64,000 bases of DNA, taken from the NCBI GenBank assembly GCA_965203295.1, contig CBDBCZ010000018.1:1504001-1568000 (forward strand), given 5' to 3'. The DNA is from Nitrospirales bacterium (GTDB lineage: Bacteria; Nitrospirota; Nitrospiria; Nitrospirales; UBA8639). The number at the start of each line of letters is the position of its first letter. The stretch's first letter is position 1. Shown here one piece after another: positions 41,890 through 54,129 of this stretch. Both the position numbers and the translations under genes were made by a program. The notes below the pieces were generated by a model. The model did not search any database. It saw only the letters and a program-made list of their open reading frames with translations, and was not told the DNA's origin.

Positions 41890-42740
41890 TAAGGGCAAGG
41901 TAACCAGTATAACCAAATACAGTGACACAGAGAGGAGCACTACGGGATGCATCATGCAATGTACAGTATATGAGGTAAGTAGGTTGCCAACAGGACATCC
42001 TGCCTACCTCCAAGAATGTAGTTAAACTGTACAGGAAATTTAAGTAATCAACAAAATAGTGTGAAAACAGGAGAATGACATAACTGGAATTCTAGAAAAC
42101 TGGGCCAGGCTCTTCCTGTGCATAACTCAACTAAGTAAGGACAAGGTAACCAGTATATTAACCAAATACAGTGACACAGAGAGGAGCACTACGGGATGCA
42201 TCATGCAATGTACAGTATGAGGTAAGTAGGTTGCTAACAGGACATCCTGCCTACCTCCAAGAATGTAGTTAAACTGTACAGGAAATTTAAGTAATCAACA
42301 AAATAGTGTGAAAACAGGAGAATGACATAACTGGAATTCTAGAAAACTGGGCCAGGCTCTTCCTGTGCATAACTCAACTAAGTAAGGACAAGGTAACCAG
42401 TATATTAACCAAATACAGTGACACAGAGAGGAGCACTACGGGATGCATCATGCAATGTACAGTATGAGGTAAGTAGGTTGCTAACAGGACATCCTGCCTA
42501 CCTCCAAGAATGTAGTTAAACTGTACAGGAAATTTTAAGTAATCAATTAAAAAAGTGTGAAAACAGGAGATTGACATAACTAGAATTCTAAAAAAGCTAG
42601 GGCAGGTTCTTCCTATGCATAACTCAACTAAATAAGGGCATGGCAACCAAATACAGTGACACAGAGAGGAGCACCATCATACAGTATGCAGTATGAGGTA
42701 AGGGGGTTGCTAACAGAACATCCTACCACCTCCAAGGATG
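41890..42740. repeat. ~247-bp tandem repeat, ~3.4 copies
   Basis: CAAGGTAACCAG occurs at 41896, 42142 and 42389. Confidence 0.92.
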
Positions 42741-43727
42741 TGATTACAGAGTTCCTATTACGGTAATTATGTGGCTTCATCACAATTGTGGTTTTATAGC
42801 AGCTGCAGCTTGGAGGGTTGAGCCACTTTGTGCATAATAGTGGAGGCGGGGCTGTGTATTACTGCCGATCTGATATGTATAGTACTGCATGCTATAATTG
42901 TAAATTATTTTATACTCCATGTGCTGGGACAACACTATTGCGGGAATGAGCAATGTGCATAATTTGTGTGCACTCGGGCTGAGGTTTAAAGGACTTCATG
43001 GTGGCAAATTAATACTATTTCTGATGCCATCAGAAAACATAATTTAAATCTGAATTAATGATTTTTGTTTCTTCCATCCCTTCAACCACCCACCACCAAA
43101 AAAATATGTTTCTTGGTGTAAAGATACAATATTAAACTTGATTATGTTTTAGGAATGACAAGCAAAAGGTGAAATGATCTGCAGCCATTAGGATTGTAAC
43201 GAGGTAGCCTGGTAGTAGTACAACACTGCATGAGAGGGCCTGAGAGGGGAAGGAGTGATAGATAACACCACATTTAAATCTCTTTCCCATGTAGCTAGAA
43301 TTCTTGAGATCTTTCCGTTTCCAGGGGATTGGAATGTATCTTAGTCCCCAGGACTCTGACACAGTCTAGGCACGAGTCCACATACACTATCTATGATGAG
43401 ACTTTATACATTCAGCTAGAAATGGTGGGGATTAGAGTTATTCTGCATGTCCACTAATGTATCTCCCTGGACTCACCACACTTTTAGCCATTTAAGCTCT
43501 TCTGTATCTCAGCGAATCCGCTCACTTTCAGTACAGTATCTAAATACCGAATCGCTGCTGTTGCGTGATTTCAGCATAGATAAAAATACCTCAGACGCAC
43601 GCAAAGGCAGCGGTTCGCACGCTATTCCGTACCGTCTCAAGACTACGCCCATGATCCCGCACACACGTGCAGCATTTAATTTATAGGGTTATCTCATTCC
43701 ACTAACCGGCACGATCACTAACCGGCA

Positions 43728-44628
43728 TAGTCTGGATCAGACCCTCCACTCTCAAGGGAAAGCGTAGGAAAATTAGGGAAAGGTAAGAGGAAGGAGGGTC
43801 TGGGGAATAACTATAGGCGGAAATGGACCCGTGTAATGTGAACGGAAGCTATTATTACACCGCGTGAAGTTTAGTGGGCTTCATTGTTAATTGTGTCATA
43901 GGTCATACTTAGTACTTCAGACTAATAATATACCCGTATAGCTGCAGTGAGCCTCGTCTATCACGAGCCCAACTAGGCCGAGGTAAGAAGCATCTCGCGC
44001 CACTAAGGATTTCGCAGGATTGACTCAGGGCTGATATATACAAGCTGACACTGGCCGGTTCGCACATAATTGTACACGGCATCGATATCCTGTTGCAGCT
44101 CTCCAACAAACTCAGCAGCTCCCGCTGGTCTGTCACAAGTGCCGTTAATGGCGACACACACAACTATGGACTTGTGAGTGGCGGCTCGCAGACGGTCGAA
44201 CACTAGTGGCCGTAGCTAACGCGTAGCAAAAGACTTCCCGTAGCCGGTGGGAAGAGCTACAAATACGCCCCTGCCGCTAACAAAGCTTCTAATGGCTTGG
44301 CTCTTCTCCTTCTTAAGCTCCTCCACACCAACCAAAGACATCGAATCTGTAGGTAGCCGCACTGATACTTATTTCTGAGGAGGCAGCCATGACGGTTTAG
44401 CTAAATAATGAGATTCACAACTTCGCACATACTTGACGGGGCGTATTTTCCCTCATCAACACTCACGGCGGCATTCCAATGTTTGGTCCACTTCCGCCCA
44501 TAGTTATTCCCTAGACCCTCCTTCCTCTTACCTTTCCCTAATTTTCCTACGCTTTCCCTTGAGAGTGGAGGGTCTGATCCCTAATTTCTAACGCTTTCCC
44601 TTGAGAGTGGAGGGTCTGATCCAGACTA
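43728..44628 (-). mobile_element. Academ(H)-like non-autonomous element with a decayed RecQ-like helicase fragment
   Basis: TIR TAGTCTGGATCAGACCCTCCACTCTCAAGGGAAAGCG.. is ~100 bp; the right end is partly duplicated and ends in CTA. The minus strand encodes QAIRSFVSGRGVFVALPTGYGKS..LVYISPES..DEAHC with stops. Confidence 0.75.
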
Positions 44629-46490
44629 GGGCTAGGTGGGATGCAAAGGGGTGTGGCCCCCCTTTTTTATTTTATTTCACAATACAATTTTATGACACGT
44701 ACATGCATGCCTAAAAAGCAGCACACAGTTTGCAACATGGACAATACATAGTATGTATTGTCCATGGTTTGCAATGTTTTGCACCCACATTCGGGTGCTG
44801 AACCTCAATGAGTTGCCGAGGCACTCTAACTGCAACCTACTGAAGTTCAGCACCCGGACTTGCAATCACTTGTCTAACTGCAACGTAAGCTTATGTAGCG
44901 CGTCAGTACGTATAAATAGGGACGATCTAGCTAAGCTGTCCAGGTTTACCAACATTGTATTGTTAGGGGTTAGGGTCGGGGTTAGTGTTAAAAGGACGTT
45001 TACATGCCCCGCAACTTTAAATTTTGCGTAAAATCTGTATTTTCTACAACGCTTCAGAAAGTCTATTGCCCGATGAAGTAAGACTATACTTCCAATGTGA
45101 TTACTCAATTGTTGTTTGATCATTTTCATATTTTCATACTCTGAAAAAAAAGGTTTTTTCCAATCAAGATGAAAGCCTTAATTCCAACCTCCCCACTACG
45201 TAGGTCACAGGAACCTTCCTACCTAGTTAATTATAGGCATACTTACTATACACTCACACAGCTAAATAATTACTAATACAATCCATAATTTGTGATCATT
45301 ATAATAAAAGAGAGAATTGTACACTCAGTGACAAACATGTATAATACATGTAATGATGTGCACATGAAGACATTACAACAATTGCCAGTTCAGTTTCCTA
45401 ATAATTTTGCCATTGCACTTGCTTACTTTTTCTTTGCTATATCTGGCCTAAAGGAAAGAAATACATTTATCCATCAATGCTAAAATAATATCATGACAAT
45501 GAGGTATATACATAGGAATATTTTAATGCTGCAGATTTCCACGTTTCACTTTTATTAACTGGGTGTGTACATAGATAATAACTACGTAACCGGGATTGGA
45601 AACGCGATTATTTCACGCCACCATCCGTGCAACGCCCTCCCCGTGTTGCGCGCGCGCCGCTCGTATAGAAACGTGTATTCAGCTGTTATCAGTGCTATGG
45701 CAGAAGAAGCTACTGGCAATCTTTGCAACCACAGACAATTCAAACTGCAACAGCAAGTGTTGTATCAATACCTTGTATGCATGTAGCTACACTGTGTTCA
45801 AACAGCTGTTTATACATGATAACATAAATGCTGGTAGATTCATAATTACTCTGTGTATGTAGAATACACCATCAACAGTCAATGGCTCTCATGATCATGC
45901 CATGGTCATACTTGACAGAGTGGAAACCGATGTGGATACATGTAGGTGTTGGAGTAGAGTTGTCCCGTTAACTCCCGGGAGATTTTTGGGCTGAGACTTG
46001 GTGTTGTCCGCTGGTGGGAGGGTCCGTTATGGGAGGTTCCACTGTATATATATACTAGTCCAGGCATGCACATCCTATAATGCACACCTATGCCTATATA
46101 TGCATGGTCTACAGCATACCTTGATGGGAAGGAGAAAATTCAAACTCAGTGTACTACGTAAGAACTATGAACGTAGTAATATGTTCCGAATTTCCTTCCA
46201 GTCAGCATTCGTCTGAGTCCATTTAGTCCACAGCTGGGCTCCTGACTACTAAATACTGAGTGTAGTTCACTTGAGGAGCCTAATTAGAGGTATTCTGAAA
46301 GGGAGCAACAAATGCAATCCCAGTAGGTTGGTCAATGGTAGAAGACGACAAATAATTTGAAGTAAGGCAGATAATGGCGAAGGTATTAGCCCAGGAAATG
46401 AAAACAGTAGGTGTAAAGAACTTCACTGTACATACATGTACTTACACTGTTACAGTACATGTACATGCTCAAAAAACCATAAAGGACACC

Positions 46491-46556
46491 AGCTGTGGCA
46501 CCGATTGGAATTACTATAGGGCTAGCTGTGGCACCGATTGGAATTACTATAGGGCT
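46491..46556. repeat. 33-bp tandem duplication
   Basis: AGCTGTGGCACCGATTGGAATTACTATAGGGCT x2. Confidence 0.9.
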
Positions 46557-47932
46557 AGTGTAGAAACCCCCCACGAGCGGATGCTTCTTGATTCCAGACA
46601 GAGGACAAACTGCACTCTCCCGACTGCAGAAGACAGCTGCAAACTAAAAAAATTTGCCATCTTGCCTATGACAAATATTGACTGCATTTAACTGGTAGCT
46701 ATACATGTGTATCAAAAGAATCCTACAAGAAAATGATAAAGCAGGAACTTGTGAGGGGCATGCATGTCATGATTACCAAGGCACACCTCACAAGAGAAGC
46801 AGTACTCTTATTCATTCACAGCATGCAAAGCTTCAATACCTGGCCATGCCCAGTAGCACAGTTTCTATTCTTAAATGTTAGTGTGAAGTATACAACTGTC
46901 CCACAAAAATTGTCTAAAAGAAACACCACTAACAGACAAATATTGTATACACACCTTATACCACAAGCAAGATTAAACTTTTATACCCAGCATGCAAAAC
47001 TTCATTACTTTGACAAACTAAATGTGAAATTCAGTCCTAAGAAGTGTCATGGTATAAGAGAAACTGTCCCACAAAACATTCGGGATGAGAAAATGGTTGC
47101 TATGGAACAAAAAATATGCCGTTTTTTGCACCCAAATTTTACAATATTATTCTAGTAAGCAGAAATATACCTCTCTTAGGCTGTGCAGTATTGATAGGAT
47201 GTATAAAATCTTCAAAGTGTCGCTTCAGAACTACCAGTGGGCCGCTTCTGCATCTATCTCTCGTTCCATGCGGCGTACCATAGAGCGCTGCACGGATGGG
47301 CACCGCCAAAATGTACAGGGTTTATGCGCTCACGTGATTCCGTTTCCAATCCCGGTACGTAGTAGGTTATTAATCTATGGTGTGTACAAAGTGTGTGCCC
47401 AACCAGTAAAATCTACTAGTTTGTGGAACTTATCGTTATGCAAGAAATGTCATTACACTACCAGTTTACTAGTGCTACTGTAGCCACTTACGCAAGCATG
47501 GACTGAGACTCTCCGCTGAGAACTATGTAGGCCGCCTGTGAAGCCTTTTGCTTGGTCTGCAGCATGGCCAATGCATTTAGAGGGGTGTCCACAGAGCTCG
47601 ACTCCTTCATAAACTATCAAATAGAGACACAGAAAATGTGTTCAACATCACTGGATCGTAGTATATTCCACAGAAATGAGCAAAGATTTAGAAAAACAGT
47701 TAGAAATGAAAACGTAACAAGGTACCGCAAAACTTTCACGGATTACCATTCCTTGCCAATAACACACACCACCATCCCCTCCATGCCATGCACATTATGC
47801 AGTTTTCCGTGCAGGTCTTCATTTAGCTGCGCTCTTATAGTGACTGTGCAGTTGTAGGTTTGTAGCATATCAAGTGAGAAGTGTCATATTCTCCACTGTA
47901 GGGAGGAGGCAATGTATTTGCTAATAGACAAG

Positions 47933-49295
47933 AAAACAAGTCTGACATTTCATGTCTAAAAAAACAGCCGGACGCCTTTCCCCTACCAGTCTGCACGATG
48001 CCGTCGATAATTACGTGATCACTTCCGGTTTAACCAGACGTATTGTAATGTATGGTAGCTGTAAGCGTTGGAAGGGCAGCTACTTTGCACGGCTATATCT
48101 CAAAGTGTTTGTTTTTGGTTTCTGTGATTGAGTGTTGCAGATGTTGTAACAGGTTTGCTGAAGTCTACAAAGACAGAGTGACCAGTTGCCACCGTGCTCC
48201 CGAAATGATGCCTGGACCACCACCACATCGCCGTCCACTATCGCGCCTACCAACTTTGAATTTTGGGAAAACTTGGAGCCAAGCGGTTCAGCAGAGCTAT
48301 TCTTCCTGTACAGCTACATTACCTTCCTCTCTACTATATATGTAGTTATCATTACCTGTGTACAAGTATTCTTGCAAATATGAAGTGCTAAGACTTCGAA
48401 AAAAGTGCCACGATTTGCACGCTCATAACTCAGCCCAAGTACGAGCTGTGAACTAGCAGCAAACGGCAGAGCTTTCCTCTACTATAGGTACGCATGCCTT
48501 AAAAACCTATTTGCCCTACTACATACTGTTTCTAAGATGAGTCCACGTTTACCACCACGGTGGCAGCGAAATTAGTCTCTGGTCCATTTTCGATTTTTGG
48601 GAAAACTTGGAGCCAAGTGAGTGATTTCCGTGAAACTTGCACAACATGCACGTGAGTTTGCATTAAGTAACTCAGTGTAATGCCTACCGGATATCTGCCT
48701 TTGCTTCAGAAACACGGTAAGATAAAAAATAGACTTCAGCGCTTCCACACGCTGCAGCAGGGCGAGTTACGTAACATCATGCAATCATACGTCTGATGTA
48801 TCGTTGTGTAAACCCACTAATTAATTTACCCATGTAAGCATACATGGCTTCTTGCACACAGGTGACACACCTCTTTTACCGACGGCATCGTGCTGACTGC
48901 TACAATACACACAACTCAGCTTAAGCCAAGCTAAACTACAGCTGTAGAGCCAGAGAAACTATATTCCTAGAGCGGTACAGCGAAAGTGCTGACTCAGCAG
49001 TTTCGTCATGCGCCTCCAGTTAGTAGCTATATGCCAAGAAACCAGGATCTTCACGACTATCCACCACGTTTTCGCCATCTAGGCAACACAAAACTACCTT
49101 CATTTGCTGTAGCTTGGCCTGCAAACCTCCAAACGCTGCTGTACTGCAGTTGCATAGTAACGTATGACGTAATATATTGCGCACGTGATAAGTGCGGATG
49201 CACAAACAAACAGACAAACAGACGCGGAAAACGTAAAGCAATCTTAGTACCAGCCGTTCGCGCGCTGCGCGCGCTCCGCGCGCTCCGGCTGGTAA
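47933..49295 (-). mobile_element. Helentron/DINE-1-like element, long copy 4
   Basis: Both termini match copy 1, with ~0.9 kb of extra internal sequence. Inserted in an A-run without a TSD. Confidence 0.75.
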
Positions 49296-50104
49296 TGAAA
49301 AAATTTCCAAAAAATTTAAAAAGATGTAGGGATGGAGTGCCAAAAAGCAAGAAAACAAGGGTAGGGATAGCATGACGCAACATACACAGCCCCATCCCTA
49401 CATCTTTTCCACATGTCACTGCAACCGTAGCACTGCAATACAATTGATGTCATACCCATTTAACCAGTGACAACTTGCACCGGCCAACCCTCTTTACACG
49501 GTTTGCTGATAATTATGTCACAGCTACATGCATGTACCCATTGAACCAGTAAATTGCGTCATTAGTATTATGTCTGAAGTATAATTATGCCTATGTTGTA
49601 TGTTATATTGATACATATTTTTAAGTGGGGTACTAATGAGGATGTACACAGTGTGTGCATGTTTGCATGTATATACATTGTACAGTGTGTTTATACAAGC
49701 AAACATACACACAGTGCATGTATATCCATGCAGGCTTATTAGTACTCGGAATGTAATTCAGCCCATGATTGTACATAGATTCTGTAATGCAGGAGCTGCT
49801 GTTTGGTGCGTCTCATACAAAAGTATGTCTGGGTACTAAGGAGGCTGGAAATAAGCTGAAATTACAAATTACATACACAGCTTAAATTTCAATACACATC
49901 CATGGGCACCCCCTTCTCAGTGCTGCCTACAGGAAGGACCGTTAAGAATTAATTAGGCCATCATTGCAGTTGACATGTGAAAAAGATGTAGGGATGGGGC
50001 TGTGTATGTTGCGTCATGCTATCCCTATCCTTGTTTTCTTGCTTTTTGGCACTCCATCGCTACATCTTTTTAAATTTTTTGGAAATTTTTTCATTTTCTT
50101 GTTT
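49296..50104. mobile_element. Element with ~135 bp inverted repeats (49296-49424 / 49964-50095) carrying ATGTAGGGATG motifs
   Basis: The arms are near-perfect reverse complements. Confidence 0.75.
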
Positions 50105-50601
50105 CTGTGTTTTTTTAATGCTTGTTAGAATCAGTAATAAATAATTCAGAGTATAACATTAAATACAAGTTATAATTATACCAGTTGATGAAATAAGTTG
50201 TTACATGACAGGCACTCCATCCCTAATTATAAAGGTTCTTCTTAAATTTTTCTGTTTGTAGATTATTTTTGGTTGTCATAGTATAGATCAGGGTTTTATA
50301 CAGGAATTTTGCTTTGTGGCGGGGCAAGAGGCTTTTGTTTTGAACACCAGACATCATTCTAAGGAGATCTAGGGGCATCTCCCTCCCCCCAAAAAACCTC
50401 CACCTCTATTTGGAACTCTATCTTAAGATGCATAACGAGCCGACCGCACTGCCAAAGGTAAAGACAATAGATAATAAGTAAGAAAAAGCAGTTCATGGTA
50501 CCTGAAAACGCAGACAGAAAGTTTCAGAGACAGAGGTAAATTTCGGCGTGTTATCCTGGACACCCCAACTTGTGAATTTTTCTTAGCAATACAGGTAAGA
50601 G

Positions 50602-50954
50602 TAGCAATCTCACGGGCCGGACTCACTCGGGGGGAGGAGTGAGTCTGGACACTACGGACAGCATTCTGTGCCATGGAAGAATGTGATTATTCCAGACTGG
50701 TCGCGTGTAAAGAATGCAGAATTAATAACTAATACTAACCGCACAGCAGCGATCAGCTTGCTATGACATTAGATCTAACGCCTCGACCACAATTTTTTGT
50801 TTGGGCTTTAGTTGTGAATAGCTGAACTTCTATCCAGCAGAAGAAATGCCATTTACTCTCATGTTGCGGTAATCACTTTTTAGTCTTGTAGTTGACATGG
50901 AAACTCTCAGCCTCACTCCTCCCCCCCAAGTGAGTCTAGACCATGAGAATGCTT
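50602..50954. mobile_element. MITE with TAG-starting ~42 bp TIRs (Academ-type end)
   Basis: TAGCAATCTCACGGGCCGGACTCACTCGGGGGGAGGAGTGAG vs CTCACTCCTCCCCCCCAAGTGAGTCTAGACCATGAGAATGCT. Confidence 0.6.
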
Positions 50955-52340
50955 CCATACCCAGGCTTTCCTTGCCTAGAATTATTTGAGTGAGGTAGGG
51001 AGGCTTTCCTCACCCAGTGAAGATGTAGCCAGCCTAGCTCTATGCATCCATACTCTATTTAACGCACATACGTAGTTGGGCTGTCTTCATACTGACACGA
51101 GTAAGTTCTTATAATAGCTACTAACCTTGGTAAAAAGGTGCACTCTAAATAATTATTCCAGCCGCACGAATAAGTTCACTGATCCATTTGCCGAAGAGCA
51201 ACACTATAAAGTACACGATGACGATCTCTGGTTGCCAAGTGCATGTCATGTGACAATCTCCGCGCATGCGTACAAATAATAAAATGGCGTAAAACTGGAC
51301 TGCAGAGCTCGAGAGAGCGCACTGTATATCACGTTCGAGAATCGGTTTGATCGTTATGAAGATGATGTTGTCGTGGACCTGCGCGCTCGAAAATGAAGAT
51401 CTTTCGTGCTACAATCACGGCAATCACTTGAACCAATTTTGAGCTAGCCTCGTTGAAGAAGAACAAGAAACCAGAATTAGAACGTGAACAAACTGGTAGT
51501 TCAGCCAGCTTCCAGTTTTCTACTTTAGCGAAGCTTTTTGGCGACTTTGTGAGCCTTGTTGGTTGCAGGAACCCCCGAAAATGAAGGTTAGATCCCTATA
51601 AAAGCTTAAAGCTTATTTTTTGCAGAGATTTGGAAACATTGATTTTATATTGCGTATATGGAGTGTCCGTGCCATCCCTACATAGAGAGTCTACCGACTC
51701 TCTGATAATTTTTAATTGTTTCTATGCAGTTGTGTGACTCAGGGGTCTGGCTAATGGTGACAGTAGTTGTCTGTGAGGCAGGGAGCACTATGTAGATATA
51801 TAGTGCATGTAGCAGTGTAGGATATGCTGTACATGTAGTGTTGGTTGTGAACTGCGTATATCCTATATTGTGAATGTGGCTGGTGGGATTGCGGTGGGCA
51901 ATGATGCTGATGAACATGGTAATTATGGTGTGCTGAAGGGAGTGTTCAGTGTGAGTGCAAGTTACTGCTAAGGATAAATTCCAGTGTGTAGTCTGGTGCC
52001 TTGTGGAGTTTGATACAGTAATTAGATGTGAATATGGTTGGTATGGAAGGGATTGTGGTGTGTGTGTGGTTGGCAAGATGCATGTAGGGATGGTAATCCA
52101 TGACAGTTCTTGCTGCGTGTCCGGACAATTTTCAACTGTTTAGACACCCCCTCACTTACCCTACTACTCATCCCATTAGAACCTATACAGGTACGGTACT
52201 TACAGTGACTGGGTGAGTTTTTTCCTTTTACCGTAGATAATACAGACACCATATCCATGTAATACACATGTAGCGAGCATGTATGAATGAATGCACAGCT
52301 ACAGACAAACAGGCAATGATGACAAACATGTACTACACTA

Positions 52341-52730
52341 ATCTATACTTTAACGTTAGTTTGTCCGTCTGTCTGTCACGAATGTGACGTCTGCTAATAA
52401 AGCGCAATTGCGTGAGAATACGCAAGAAGCCTGTAATGTCATTATATGATGTCATCACTTAGTGCTATACTTTGACTGCTGCGTGCGTGAAATCCTTTTT
52501 ATACATAAATGATCTAAGCAGTAATAATTAATATTGCACAACATCCTTAGGGTAATGTAGCAGGAAAACCAAACTGTGAATATTAACTATACCGCCAAAA
52601 GAACCTAAGTGGCAAATACTGATAAATCCACTGGAAATCCTTTTTATATATAAGCGATCTAAGCAGTAATAATAATTGCACAACATCCTCAGGGAAAAGT
52701 AGCAGGACAACCAAACTGTAAATATTAACA
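52341..52730 (+). mobile_element. Possible Helitron 5' end (A|TCTATACT.. with GTCTGTCT) followed by a duplicated ~100 bp block
   Basis: TC start after A, then a GTCCGTCTGTCTGTC tract. 52488-52588 is repeated at 52634-52729. Confidence 0.4.
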
Positions 52731-53200
52731 CAGAATTTGACTGGAGTTAGTCTTAGGATTGGTTACACAGGATGGCTTCTTCACTCGTGACGTAGCATGT
52801 GTATAGTAACTTTTTGCTTTTTTTGTGTGTAGAATCATATCGCTTTGGTTTTTGAAGCTCTCTTAATAGGTTTAACTGCTTCCTTGCTGCTTATAGTGGT
52901 TTAACTGCTTTCCTGCTGCTTCATCTCCTCGCCAGCTGACTTTGCAGTGTGCTGCTCACTGCTCTCATGTGATTCGTTTAAATAATTCCTATAAACTAAT
53001 GCTGGAATAATATGCTGATGCCTACTCACGTTAGTGCAGAGATAGAATATAGTATCTCTGGTTAGTGTGCGGGTATGGTTTCGCGAGACTATCTTCCCAC
53101 TTCGCGGACGTGTTTCAATACCGGGGGATGTGTTTCGATATCGTATTCCGTCCCCGGGGGACGTTTTTCTGGGGGGGACGTAATTCGATATGACACCGGG

Positions 53201-53571
53201 CCCAGTAGACCGTGCGGGTCCTTTGCGCCTATATATAGGCGCTCCGCGTAGACTAATTACACCGCGTACGCCTATATATAGGCGCACCGCGTGCAATGAG
53301 TAATAATATAAGTGTATTGAAGATTCGGTGGACATTATAATCATGTCAGAAACACTGAAAACGAGTAGCAACGCGACTGAATCTCAAACCATATAAGGGT
53401 CTTTAAAATGCAGTGTACATAACTTGTCAGAAACGTTCATAACGAGTAGAAACGTCCCAAAAATTCAAACACAATGATTGAACATATAATGCTATTGCTA
53501 ATGTAGTGTATATATGTTGTCACAAACGCTTACAAAGAGCAGCAACACTCCCAAAATTCAAACACAATGAT
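53201..53571. mobile_element. CCCAG-terminated (EnSpm/CACTA-like) end fused to the ~92 bp satellite
   Basis: CCCAGTAGAC start and two GCCTATATATAGGC palindromes. 53310-53571 is near-identical to 36030-36293. Confidence 0.5.
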
Positions 53572-54129
53572 CTATTGTACTATACCGAACTATAAAATCA
53601 TCGCCCAACTCCACATAGCCTCGTGCCCAGGCTAAACTCCACAGTACGCTGGAGATAATAAGCGCAACTATCGCCGTCGAGAAATAGCCCCGCCTTACCT
53701 TACTCTGCGCATGCGCACACAAAACCCAATTTGTGACACGAGGCAGGCTGGCGTAGCTAGCTATAGATGGAGTTGTATCTTGCTGATCAGTATTCGTTAT
53801 TGCTTGTTTTGGTAAATTAGTACTACCGTGGACATTGCTAAGCGATCATTTTGTGAAGCAAGAGTTCGAAGCCGTTCTGATCCACAGATTAACCGTGTCA
53901 TTCTTCAATCGTCAGTGACTGCCACCACTGCTGTGAGTCATGCATGCCTATACATGTAAATACTAGCTAAATAGTGTTATTTACGGTGAATATTTATTGT
54001 GAGTGGGATATTATGAGGGAGAATAGCCAAACCAAAGTTAGAGGCTTTTGGCTGTGCGCAAAATTACTACCTGTACTGATGTAGCTACATCCTGTTCGCT
54101 CATTTATGTGTTTCATTAAGACTTTAGGT

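Larger units (their letters stand above)
37430..43728. mobile_element. Candidate ~6.3 kb inverted-repeat-bounded DNA transposon derivative carrying a Ulp1 gene
   Basis: ATGCTCGTTAGTGATCGTGCCGGTTAGTGAAAT (37430) is the near reverse complement of ATTCCACTAACCGGCACGATCACTAACCGGCAT (~43696-43728). The subterminal array reuses CCGGTTAGTG. Confidence 0.55.

Noticed and set aside
43900..44390. Host RecQ/BLM/WRN gene
   Set aside because: A short intronless fragment with stops, enclosed by TIRs.
45100..47900. Several 60-140 aa ORFs
   Set aside because: No recognisable motifs or coherent exon chain; these appear to be chance ORFs among MITE remnants.
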